DNA of 64,000 nucleotides from Octopus vulgaris (Eukaryota): NCBI GenBank assembly GCA_951406725.2, contig OX597815.1, positions 64,790,001 to 64,854,000 of the forward strand, read 5' to 3'. Shown piece by piece: positions 54,721 to 64,000 of this stretch (position 1 is its first letter; each line of letters starts with the position of its first letter). The notes under the pieces were generated by a model. It saw only the letters and a program-made list of their open reading frames with translations, ran no database searches and was not told where the DNA came from. The position numbers and the translations under genes were made by a program.

Positions 54721-54839
54721 ATGTTGTCAGAAACATGACTATTGTTATGAAAGCGTCACCGCAGATCAATGCGATCAACCTCATAAAGTTTATATCGCCA
54801 AATATAAATGGCATTTTAATAATGGGAGAATAACATGTG
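54721..54839 (+). CDS. Secreted phospholipase A2, exon 3 (catalytic His-Asp helix)
   Basis: tttcag|A TGT TGT...TGT G|gtgagt; CCQKHDYCYESVTADQCDQPHKVYIAKYKWHFNNGRITC with the CCxxHDxCY signature; phase 2 matches exon 2. Confidence 0.93.
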
Positions 54840-55119
54840 GTGAGTATATCTTTAGTTAACGTATCATATACGTTTATGAAAATCTGGTGTAAGGTTTACC
54901 GTATCGAGGCCATTGGACGACAAACCCTCTAATATCCTAATATATTTTGGAACTGGACAAAGGCAGTGAGTGTCCCCAGTTGAAAACTCGGTCTTTATTC
55001 TTTCTTCTTGTGCCAAAATATATTGGGTGCCTTTTATAGATCTGACTCGGTGTCTGATTTAGCGTCTCTGTATTTCTCTTTTGGGCCGGATTGACAAATA
55101 AATATATATATTTAGAGTG

Positions 55120-55207
<88 letters not shown>

Positions 55208-55462
55208 TCTAATTATCTCTTCAGTTTCTCAATGGTGAAATATCTATTATGTTTACAGATGATGTGAGTTCCACCTGTTGTTAGATGAGAGGATGTCTCT
55301 TCTCGTGTGACCACATACACTTATAAAACAAGTAGTGAAAGTCTAGTGTACTCACTCCCGACTGACAGCTAAGTTTCTGCATACATGTACACACATACGC
55401 ACACATATATATCTATACCTATGTATGTTTGTATGTGTGTGTATACACACACACACGCACAC

Positions 55463-55544
<82 letters not shown>

Positions 55545-55545
55545 G

Positions 55546-55582
<37 letters not shown>

Positions 55583-55599
55583 GTAATATATATATATAC

Positions 55600-55744
<145 letters not shown>

Positions 55745-55793
55745 AAACAAGTAAAAAATAGAAAATGCTAAAATAATTTTATAGTGAACATTT

Positions 55794-55831
55794 CAGTACC
55801 GGTTTCGGTCATTTTGAGACCTTTTCAACTG
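55794..55831 (-). ncRNA. Minimal hammerhead ribozyme, U3-A8 variant (mirror copy)
   Basis: Reverse complement of 62204-62241. Confidence 0.75.
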
Positions 55832-56547
55832 TAACGATTAAATAATTAAATTTAGAAAAATTAGAAGAAAAGTTTTTTTAAAACAATATTTCTATAGTAG
55901 TGTTCAGATTTAAGTGGCATTCTGCCTTTCTCTGACTCCCTTGTTTGCACTTGTGTGTTCGAGGTAGTTGTGAGTTCTTGGTAGGGTAGTAGAGGGAAGG
56001 CTGGTGAGGAAAGGGGGTGGGAGAATCTGGGAGTGCCCTGATGGTCGTATTTTGAATGGTCAGTGGCGGCTGGCAGTCTCAGTTCAATTCAGGAGAATAT
56101 TTATATCGACAGGCTTGTTTATAGAATTAGCGTAGGTGTTATACTAAAAAACATTAGTGACAAACTTAAGGGGTAGGGGGTGGAGAAGAAGAAGAAGAAG
56201 AAGAAGAAGAAGAAGAAGAAGGAGAAGGAGAAGGAGAAGATGATGGTGATGGTGGTGATGATTATGACGACGATGATGATGATAACGATGATGATGAAGA
56301 AGAAGAAGAAGAAGAAGAAGAAGGAGGAGAAGGAGAAGATGGTGGTGATGATGGTGGCGATGATGATGACGCCGATGATGATGATAACGATGATGATGAA
56401 GAAGAAGAAGAAGAAAAAAACAGAGAAGGGAGAATATGAATGGGTGTAAATATAGCTATGAAGGGGCTGATTAGTAATGGATTCTATGGAGTGTAGTATT
56501 TGTGTGTGTATATATATTTTTTTCTTTTATTCTAAAGTTGAGGTATA

Positions 56548-58878
56548 TTAATTGTTTGTCGTAGACCCGTTAAGAAGTGGCTTGTATTTTGTAATAAAGA
56601 GATTTTCTTTACTTATTCTTTGTCTCGAGGTTGTATCGTCCCTAAATTGGTAGAGGGGGAAAATTCTGAAGTTTGGTGTTTTTTTGTTGGCGCAAGTATC
56701 TATGTGTTGGCTAAAAGCTATTTTTCTGTTTTGGGGAATTTTTATCTGGGATCTGTGCAGGGCCATTCGTTTACGCAAACCATTTTTTGTTTGGCCTATG
56801 TACTGCTCTTGACACCCGGAGCAGGTTAGTGAGTATATTATGTTCTCCGAAGCACATGTGAAGTTGCTTTTCACTGTAAACCGTTGTCCCTGTTTGAAGG
56901 AGAACTCAGAACCCTCGATTAGATAGTCGCATATCCCGCAATTGGGTCTTCCACATTTTTTTACTGTCGGCTTCTGTGTTGAAGAGTGAATTCGGGCTTG
57001 TGTAAGGAGACTTTTCATGGATCTAGGCTGTCTTTTGCTTTTTATGATCGTGTGTGTTTGGAGGATTGTGTTCATTCTGTGGTCTTTTTTTAGGAGGGGT
57101 ATGTTGTGGAGGATGGTGTCGAAGGCTTCGTTATTGAGAGGGTTGTGTGTGGAGATGTATGGTAAGGCTTTTGGTTGTAAGTTTTTCTTTGATTTGGGAT
57201 GTCTCAGTTCCTTGATGTTAAGTTGAAGGGCACGTTGAATGCACTTGTCAATAAGTGAAGGTGGATAGTTCCTGGTGATTAGGGCATCTTTTAGTTCTTG
57301 TAGTCGTGTGTCTCTGGTGTTTGCGTTAGAGACTATAGTGCATATCCTTTTTGCTAGATTGAAGGGGATATTCATCCTGGTGTGTCTGGGGTGGCATGAA
57401 TTGAATGGAAGATATTGCTTAGAGTCTGTAGGCTTATAGTATATGTCTGTTTCTATTATATTATTAGCTTTCTTAATGAGGATATCGAGGAAGGGGAGTT
57501 GTTGTTGGCTATATTCCATCGTGAATTGGATGTTTACGTCCAGTCCGTTTAAAATTTTCTGGAATTCTATGAGTTTTTCTATATTTTTATGCCAAAGGAT
57601 GAAACAGTCATCTAGATATCTCTTCCAGTTGTTTTCTATGTAGATGGAGAAAGGGCTGCCATATCTTTCTAGAACCTTACGATACAGACTGATCTCTAGG
57701 TATCCTATGACTAGGTTGGCAAAGGAGGGGGCCATTCGTGTACCCATCGCAGTCCCCGATTTTTGTCGGTAGAAGTTGTCATTGAAGGCGAAGAAGTTAT
57801 TTTCCAGGATGAATTTAACCCCTTCTATCACAAATTCTTTTTTGATGCGGTGTGGTAGTTCGTTGGCGTGATTCTCTAGCCAGAATTGGATTGCCTCTAG
57901 TCCTAGGTTGTGGGGGATATTGGAGTAGAGGTTGACTACATCGAAGGATACCAGTATGGTGTTTTTGTTTATAGTATTCGGTAGGTGATTGAGCATATCT
58001 AAGTCGTCCCTTATATAGCTTTTGACATGTTTGAGGAGTGGTTTTAACAGGGTGTCTAAAAAGTTACTGAGGCGGTGGGTTTCGCATGCGGGACCTGCTA
58101 TTATGGGTCTCAATTTGAGGTCATTAGGATTAGGGACTTTAATTATTTTGTCTGTAGCTATCTTGCATGCGTTGCTTATTTTTTCACTTTTGTGGATCTT
58201 AGGTATACCGTAGAATTGGCTAGTTTTACTTGTGAAATTGGTCATATAATCATATTCTTTGTCGGTGAGCCCTGCTTTGTATGGGTTTAATATGGATTTT
58301 AGTTCCCTCATTATTTTTTGTTGACTGTAGTTTTGTGCCTTTTCATAGTATGTTGTGTCTTCCAGCATAGAAAGTACCAAAGTTATGTAAAATGTCGTAT
58401 CCATTAAGACAACCGCACTCCCTTTATCGGCCTCTTTGATTGTTATTGTTTTATCTAGTTTTAATTTGTTCAACTCAGCCCATTCTTTTTTGCTGAAGTT
58501 TGGTTTGTGTTTTTGTTTGTGCATATGTTGATATGGGTAATTTGATATGTGGTCACAGAAATCATCAAGTGTTTTATTCTTACCTTTCGAGGGGGTGTAG
58601 TTACTCCTATTTCTGGCTAACGATTCGTCCTCGTTGTATTTATCGTATAGCTCCTCAGTAAGTCTTAATTTTCTGCAGAATTCTGCGATGTCTTCTTTCA
58701 TTTCATTGTAGTTGGGGTGTTGTGGGGTGGGTGTAAACTTGAGTCCTTTGGAAAGTATGTTTATTTGGTTTGCTGTTAGTTCCTTGTGAGTTAGATTAAT
58801 AATTTTTATTACTTTTGGTTCCTCCTGCTTGTTTGGTGCTATCTTGTGTCTCTGTGTTTGCGTATTGGGTCTAAAAAA
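56548..58878 (-). CDS. PLE reverse transcriptase + GIY-YIG endonuclease, intact frame
   Basis: IINLT...LSKGLKFTPTP upstream of the annotated Met 58701; ADKG, FYGIPKIHK, LRPII, SFDVVNLYSNIP, GTAMGTRMAP, RYLDD, YYKPTD; linker CGRPNCGIC; NIIYSLTCSGCQEQYIGQT. Confidence 0.93.
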   Translation of the reverse strand, partial: FFRPNTQTQRHKIAPNKQEEPKVIKIINLTHKELTANQINILSKGLKFTPTPQHPNYNEMKEDIAEFCRKLRLTEELYDKYNEDESLARNRSNYTPSKGKNKTLDDFCDHISNYPYQHMHKQKHKPNFSKKEWAELNKLKLDKTITIKEADKGSAVVLMDTTFYITLVLSMLEDTTYYEKAQNYSQQKIMRELKSILNPYKAGLTDKEYDYMTNFTSKTSQFYGIPKIHKSEKISNACKIATDKIIKVPNPNDLKLRPIIAGPACETHRLSNFLDTLLKPLLKHVKSYIRDDLDMLNHLPNTINKNTILVSFDVVNLYSNIPHNLGLEAIQFWLENHANELPHRIKKEFVIEGVKFILENNFFAFNDNFYRQKSGTAMGTRMAPSFANLVIGYLEISLYRKVLERYGSPFSIYIENNWKRYLDDCFILWHKNIEKLIEFQKILNGLDVNIQFTMEYSQQQLPFLDILIKKANNIIETDIYYKPTDSKQYLPFNSCHPRHTRMNIPFNLAKRICTIVSNANTRDTRLQELKDALITRNYPPSLIDKCIQRALQLNIKELRHPKSKKNLQPKALPYISTHNPLNNEAFDTILHNIPLLKKDHRMNTILQTHTIIKSKRQPRSMKSLLTQARIHSSTQKPTVKKCGRPNCGICDYLIEGSEFSFKQGQRFTVKSNFTCASENIIYSLTCSGCQEQYIGQTKNGLRKRMALHRSQIKIPQNRKIAFSQHIDTCANKKTPNFRIFPLYQFRDDTTSRQRISKENLFITKYKPLLNGSTTNN

Positions 58879-59834
58879 TGAATGCGGTGGTTGGGACGGT
58901 AGCTAGTATATAGTTGTTCTTTGTTGATTAGGGGTCTCCTGTTGTGATTTGTGGTGTGTGTTCTTGGAGCAGTATTGAGGAGAGCATCCCGATATCCCAT
59001 ATTCGGGTGTGGTGTTCTAGGAGGCCTTCGTTGGTAATCATTGCAAGTGGTGTGGGTTTGTTGTGCATGGTTGTTTAACCGGTTAATGGGACGAAGATTT
59101 CGTTGGTAACTCCTTTGGGTGGGGATGAGGTTGCAGTGTCTATGCTGTGGGTGTTGATTTATCCTTTCTCTGCTTGAAGTGGGGGTATTCCTGATATTGT
59201 ATCGCTGGCTGCTTACAGAGTTGGGGTTAGGTCCTGTATTCTTTTTTTGATAGTAGTGAAGGTTCCGATTTTTAGACAGGTGTGTATCGGTGTTTGGGTG
59301 TTGTTTTGGTTTTCTTATTTTCTGGAAAGGGTTGTTGGAGGCGTGCTCTGTTTGAAAGACGGCTTCATAGTCTGAGAACCAAGTGGCGCTTTTCTCCCAG
59401 CGTTGGAGAGATTTTAGTTCTTCTTTTTCACAGTCCTCTTTCCATAGTTTGGAGAACTTCTCTTGATCTGGGCCTTGGGTCATTTTGCGAATTTCTTCGT
59501 TTATATCTTCATCGGTGGATTTTATTTTATCCTCATTCGTTTGGGCCCTCAATTTCAGAAGTTCTATTTCCATTTTCATTTTTTCCAGTGCCATTCTCTC
59601 CCTGAGGTGTCTTTGTGTTTCAGGTTCTTCTGTAATAGCTTTGAACTGGAATTTACGTGGGAGGATTAACGGGGTCCGGTTGAGCCATTTTTCGTATATA
59701 TCCGCTTTGTTGTTGTTTTGGATCATCTTCCAAAAGGCGAACTTTCTATCTCTGAGTGATTTGTTCCATTGTGGTATTATGTGGTGTTTCATTTGGTATG
59801 TTGTTAGAGTATTGATCCCATATATTGACGCGTT
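58839..59834 (-). CDS. PLE ORF1: charged helical/coiled-coil-like region plus basic low-complexity tail, 5'-truncated
   Basis: 317-aa ORF whose frame stays open to the inversion junction; overlaps the RT frame by ~60 nt. Confidence 0.75.
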   Translation of the reverse strand, partial: NASIYGINTLTTYQMKHHIIPQWNKSLRDRKFAFWKMIQNNNKADIYEKWLNRTPLILPRKFQFKAITEEPETQRHLRERMALEKMKMEIELLKLRAQTNEDKIKSTDEDINEEIRKMTQGPDQEKFSKLWKEDCEKEELKSLQRWEKSATWFSDYEAVFQTEHASNNPFQKIRKPKQHPNTDTHLSKNRNLHYYQKKNTGPNPNSVSSQRYNIRNTPTSSRERINQHPQHRHCNLIPTQRSYQRNLRPINRLNNHAQQTHTTCNDYQRRPPRTPHPNMGYRDALLNTAPRTHTTNHNRRPLINKEQLYTSYRPNHRIHFLDPIRKHRDTR

Positions 59835-59835
59835 T

Positions 59836-61487
59836 TAAGATCCACAAAAGTGAAAAAATAAGCAACGCATGCAAGATAGCTACAGACAAAATAATTAAAG
59901 TCCCTAATCCTAATGACCTCAAATTGAGACCCATAATAGCAGGTCCCGCATGCGAAACCCACCGCCTCAGTAACTTTTTAGACACCCTGTTAAAACCACT
60001 CCTCAAACATGTCAAAAGCTATATAAGGGACGACTTAGATATGCTCAATCACCTACCGAATACTATAAACAAAAACACCATACTGGTATCCTTCGATGTA
60101 GTCAACCTCTACTCCAATATCCCCCACAACCTAGGACTAGAGGCAATCCAATTCTGGCTAGAGAATCACGCCAACGAACTACCACACCGCATCAAAAAGA
60201 ATTTGTGATAGAAGGGGTTAAATTCATCCTGGAAAATAACTTCTTCGCCTTCAATGACAACTTCTACCGACAAAAATCGGGGACTGCGATGGGTACACGA
60301 ATGGCCCCCTCCTTTGCCAACCTAGTCATAGGATACCTAGAGATCAGTCTGTATCGTAAGGTTCTAGAAAGATATGGCAGCCCTTTCTCCATCTACATAG
60401 AAAACAACTGGAAGAGATATCTAGATGACTGTTTCATCCTTTGGCATAAAAATATAGAAAAACTCATAGAATTCCAGAAAATTTTAAACGGACTGGACGT
60501 AAACATCCAATTCACGATGGAATATAGCCAACAACAACTCCCCTTCCTCGATATCCTCATTAAGAAAGCTAATAATATAATAGAAACAGACATATACTAT
60601 AAGCCTACAGACTCTAAGCAATATCTTCCATTCAATTCATGCCACCCCAGACACACCAGGATGAATATCCCCTTCAATCTAGCAAAAAGGATATGCACTA
60701 TAGTCTCTAACGCAAACACCAGAGACACACGACTACAAGAACTAAAAGATGCCCTAATCACCAGGAACTATCCACCTTCACTTATTGACAAGTGCATTCA
60801 ACGTGCCCTTCAACTTAACATCAAGGAACTGAGACATCCCAAATCAAAGAAAAACTTACAACCAAAAGCCTTACCATACATCTCCACACACAACCCTCTC
60901 AATAACGAAGCCTTCGACACCATCCTCCACAACATACCCCTCCTAAAAAAGACCACAGAATGAACACAATCCTCCAAACACACACGATCATAAAAAGCAA
61001 AAGACAGCCTAGATCCATGAAAAGTCTCCTTACACAAGCCCGAATTCACTCTTCAACACAGAAGCCGACAGTAAAAAAATGTGGAAGACCCAATTGCGGG
61101 ATATGCGACTATCTAATCGAGGGTTCTGAGTTCTCCTTCAAACAGGGACAACGGTTTACAGTGAAAAGCAACTTCACATGTGCTTCGGAGAACATAATAT
61201 ACTCACTAACCTGCTCCGGGTGTCAAGAGCAGTACATAGGCCAAACAAAAAATGGTTTGCGTAAACGAATGGCCCTGCACAGATCCCAGATAAAAATTCC
61301 CCAAAACAGAAAAATAGCTTTTAGCCAACACATAGATACTTGCGCCAACAAAAAAACACCAAACTTCAGAATTTTCCCCCTCTACCAATTTAGGGACGAT
61401 ACAACCTCGAGACAAAGAATAAGTAAAGAAAATCTCTTTATTACAAAATACAAGCCACTTCTTAACGGGTCTACGACAAACAATTAA
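59836..61487 (+). pseudogene. Inverted 5'-truncated copy of the PLE RT/EN frame
   Basis: Same translation as the minus copy except single-A deletions in homopolymers at ~60196 and ~60948. Confidence 0.9.
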
Positions 61488-62203
61488 TATACCTCAACTT
61501 TAGAATAAAAGAAAAAAATATATATACACACACAAATACTACACTCCATAGAATCCATTACTAATCAGCCCCTTCATAGCTATATTTACACCCATTCATA
61601 TTCTCCCTTCTCTGTTTTTTTCTTCTTCTTCTTCTTCATCATCATCGTTATCATCATCATCGGCGTCATCATCATCGCCACCATCATCACCACCATCTTC
61701 TCCTTCTCCTCCTTCTTCTTCTTCTTCTTCTTCTTCTTCATCATCATCGTTATCATCATCATCGTCGTCATAATCATCACCACCATCACCATCATCTTCT
61801 CCTTCTCCTTCTCCTTCTTCTTCTTCTTCTTCTTCTTCTTCTTCTTCTTCTCCACCCCCTACCCCTTAAGTTTGTCACTAATGTTTTTTAGTATAACACC
61901 TACGCTAATTCTATAAACAAGCCTGTCGATATAAATATTCTCCTGAATTGAACTGAGACTGCCAGCCGCCACTGACCATTCAAAATACGACCATCAGGGC
62001 ACTCCCAGATTCTCCCACCCCCTTTCCTCACCAGCCTTCCCTCTACTACCCTACCAAGAACTCACAACTACCTCGAACACACAAGTGCAAACAAGGGAGT
62101 CAGAGAAAGGCAGAATGCCACTTAAATCTGAACACTACTATAGAAATATTGTTTTAAAAAAACTTTTCTTCTAATTTTTCTAAATTTAATTATTTAATCG
62201 TTA

Positions 62204-62241
62204 CAGTTGAAAAGGTCTCAAAATGACCGAAACCGGTACTG
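62204..62241 (+). ncRNA. Minimal hammerhead ribozyme, U3-A8 variant
   Basis: CAG-TTGAAAA-GGTC-TCAAAAT-GACC-GAAA-CCG-GTA-CTG; palindromic ACCGGT stem III. Confidence 0.75.
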
Positions 62242-62328
62242 AAATGTTCACTATAAAATTATTTTAGCATTTTCTATTTTTTACTTGTTTTTTCATATAT
62301 ATCAACTCGTGTGTTCCTTTTCACCCTT

Positions 62329-62372
<44 letters not shown>

Positions 62373-62376
<4 letters not shown>

Positions 62377-62960
62377 ATATTATTATTAATGATAATAGTA
62401 GGGAATATAATTCCATACTTACAGGGGAAAATTCAATTTAGCAATTCTAAATCAAATTTCGCAATATATAATATATGTATATAATTAAGACAAATAACCT
62501 CTATTAGGTAATTCAATGGTGAAAGAACATTATCTATATCGTATAGAAAAAATTTAAATATACTATAATAAATATTATTCAAAAAATCACTAAATTAAAT
62601 AAACATTGAATTGACTACGCGCGTTTCGTGGCTATATCTTTAAATCGATAATATTAAAATCGATACTATTAAAATTAATTCGATTTAAAAATATAGCCAC
62701 TCTTCAGGTCTAAAATAATAATAAAATTAATGTATGTATCTTAAAATGTGATAATTAACAAATAATTAAATATAGAAATATAGAAATATACGTATCTTAA
62801 CAATAAATAATGGAATATTTGAATATAACAATATTAATGAAAAATAAAATCATAACTTCTCTTATTGAAGAATTCCAGTTAACTGAAATTTTAAACGTTA
62901 ACTTATATATATATGATGGGAATTCATGCTGTTTTATGTTTGCTTCCCGGTTAAGGGAAG
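62373..62960 (-). mobile_element. Solo pLTR/3' end of another PLE family
   Basis: AT-rich, contains a canonical hammerhead; tail homologous to 16500-16585; shares the (TA)n tract with the large PLE. Confidence 0.65.
62613..62710 (-). ncRNA. Hammerhead ribozyme with long stem II
   Basis: GAC-CTGAAGA-GTGGCTATAT...ATATAGCCAC-GAAAC-GCGC-GTA-GTC. Confidence 0.85.
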
Positions 62961-63009
62961 GTGGCGGAGCAATTTTCACGATAGACTCGGGCGACGACTG
63001 AATTCATCC

Positions 63010-64000
63010 CACACGTGACAACAGCCGTTCGGCATAAGGCCACAAGTCCGAAATGGTTGGACACTACACGAGTGCGTGCAGAATGGTTTCGCCGCACTGA
63101 CCGAATCTCGGGCAAGTCGGTCCGCTGTGTCTCGAACCGTGCCTATAGAGCTTATCCCGAACGGGCAATGCTTCTCGGTAACGCTGCCAAGTCAAGGATC
63201 TCTGGTGATTTTCCATAGATCCCCGCCCGAAAGTTGTCCTGAACAGGTGGGTCCAGTATTCCCCGTCGACGCCCAGATTCTCCCCAAGAATGTCATCGCA
63301 CCTACCCTCCACTAATCCTCTATAGAAAGCCTTCGTGGAATTGAAATCGCACAAGTTTGATCCCGGACGGCAGAGTTGCTTGAAAGCAAGGCGGGACTCG
63401 CGATGCCATTCGCCTAGCCTCGGTCTCTGTTTGATCCACGACTGCAGTTCCGCTAAAGAGACGAGCTACGGGAAAGCATGCCTCACAAACGGTGACTACA
63501 CCTGTTCACCGTCGTCTATGAAGCGCCGGAGATGTCACAGTCTCAGCGCACGTCTGCACATCATCAACCACAGCATACCCAGCCCTCCATTTAGCTGGTG
63601 TTGATAGAAAATGGATCGCCTGACCATCGGAACGCTTCTCTGCAACATAAAGTGGAAGAGTATGCGTTCCAGTTGGTGATGGTAGGGTCGGGATAAGGCA
63701 CGACGGATGCGAGGTACGCGTTCGCCACCTCCACTCGACCTTTTAGGGATAGCTTCCTCTCGGCCCATTCCTGAGTGAGAGTGGCCGCCCTAACCGTTAT
63801 CTTATCCCAGTTCTTCTCCATTTGGAGGTCCAGACCGGACCAGACTCCGAGCAATTTAACCGGTCCGACGATACAGCGTCCCACGATGGAGACGCTTTTG
63901 GACGGCATGGGCTTACTTCTCCAGGTGCCGAGCCGCAAGCCCACTGACTTTTCTCTGTTAATTTCCGCTCCCGTTACCGCTTCGTATTCTTTTAGTGTCT
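63010..64000 (-). mobile_element. Tx1/L1-like LINE ORF2 relic (post-RT and zf-RVT region), runs off the window
   Basis: VKLLGVW...NWDKI...WAERKLSLKGRVEVANAYLASV, NGGLGM, REALPVRDKLYRHG...CPR...ETILHAL; frameshifted. Confidence 0.85.

Noticed and set aside
55259-55326. Candidate last PLA2 exon (DDVSSTCC*MRGCLFSCDH)
   Set aside because: Early stop and no proper CxxxxCxCD...CF spacing; the true exon is probably beyond the window, though this is unresolved.
56180-56449. K/M-rich 89-aa ORF and its mirror at 61586-61855
   Set aside because: Antisense reading of (TTC)/(ATC) repeats in the PLE 3' UTR.

Overview
AT-rich, microsatellite-saturated animal genomic DNA, most likely an octopus/coleoid cephalopod (inferred from the CORE-type and Meta-type SINE families and the repeat landscape). 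Almost all ORFs in the supplied track are microsatellite artefacts. Host genes: one intact tRNA-Ser(CGA) (minus, 2073-2154) and three coding exons of a secreted phospholipase A2 (plus; 45072-45132, 48020-48164, 54721-54839), most of which the ORF track misses; the last exon was not found in the window. The rest is transposon-derived: Tc1/mariner relics, a hAT MITE, Helitron-like elements, Tx1/L1-like, R4/Dong-like and RTE-like fragments, many SINEs, and an unusually dense set of Penelope-like elements (PLEs) of at least three types with hammerhead ribozymes. The main structure is a young 6.6-kb PLE (55733-62332) with 2.47-kb near-identical inverted arms, an intact RT/GIY-YIG frame, and an upstream coiled-coil-like ORF1 that overlaps the RT frame at an in-frame U UUU UUA slippery heptamer. 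The same head-to-head, ribozyme-outward architecture recurs at four other loci down to ~120 bp. A 21-nt copy of the pre-tRNA-Ser 3' end plus trailer is fused to a truncated SINE 48 kb away from the tRNA gene. Boundaries of degraded repeats are approximate.
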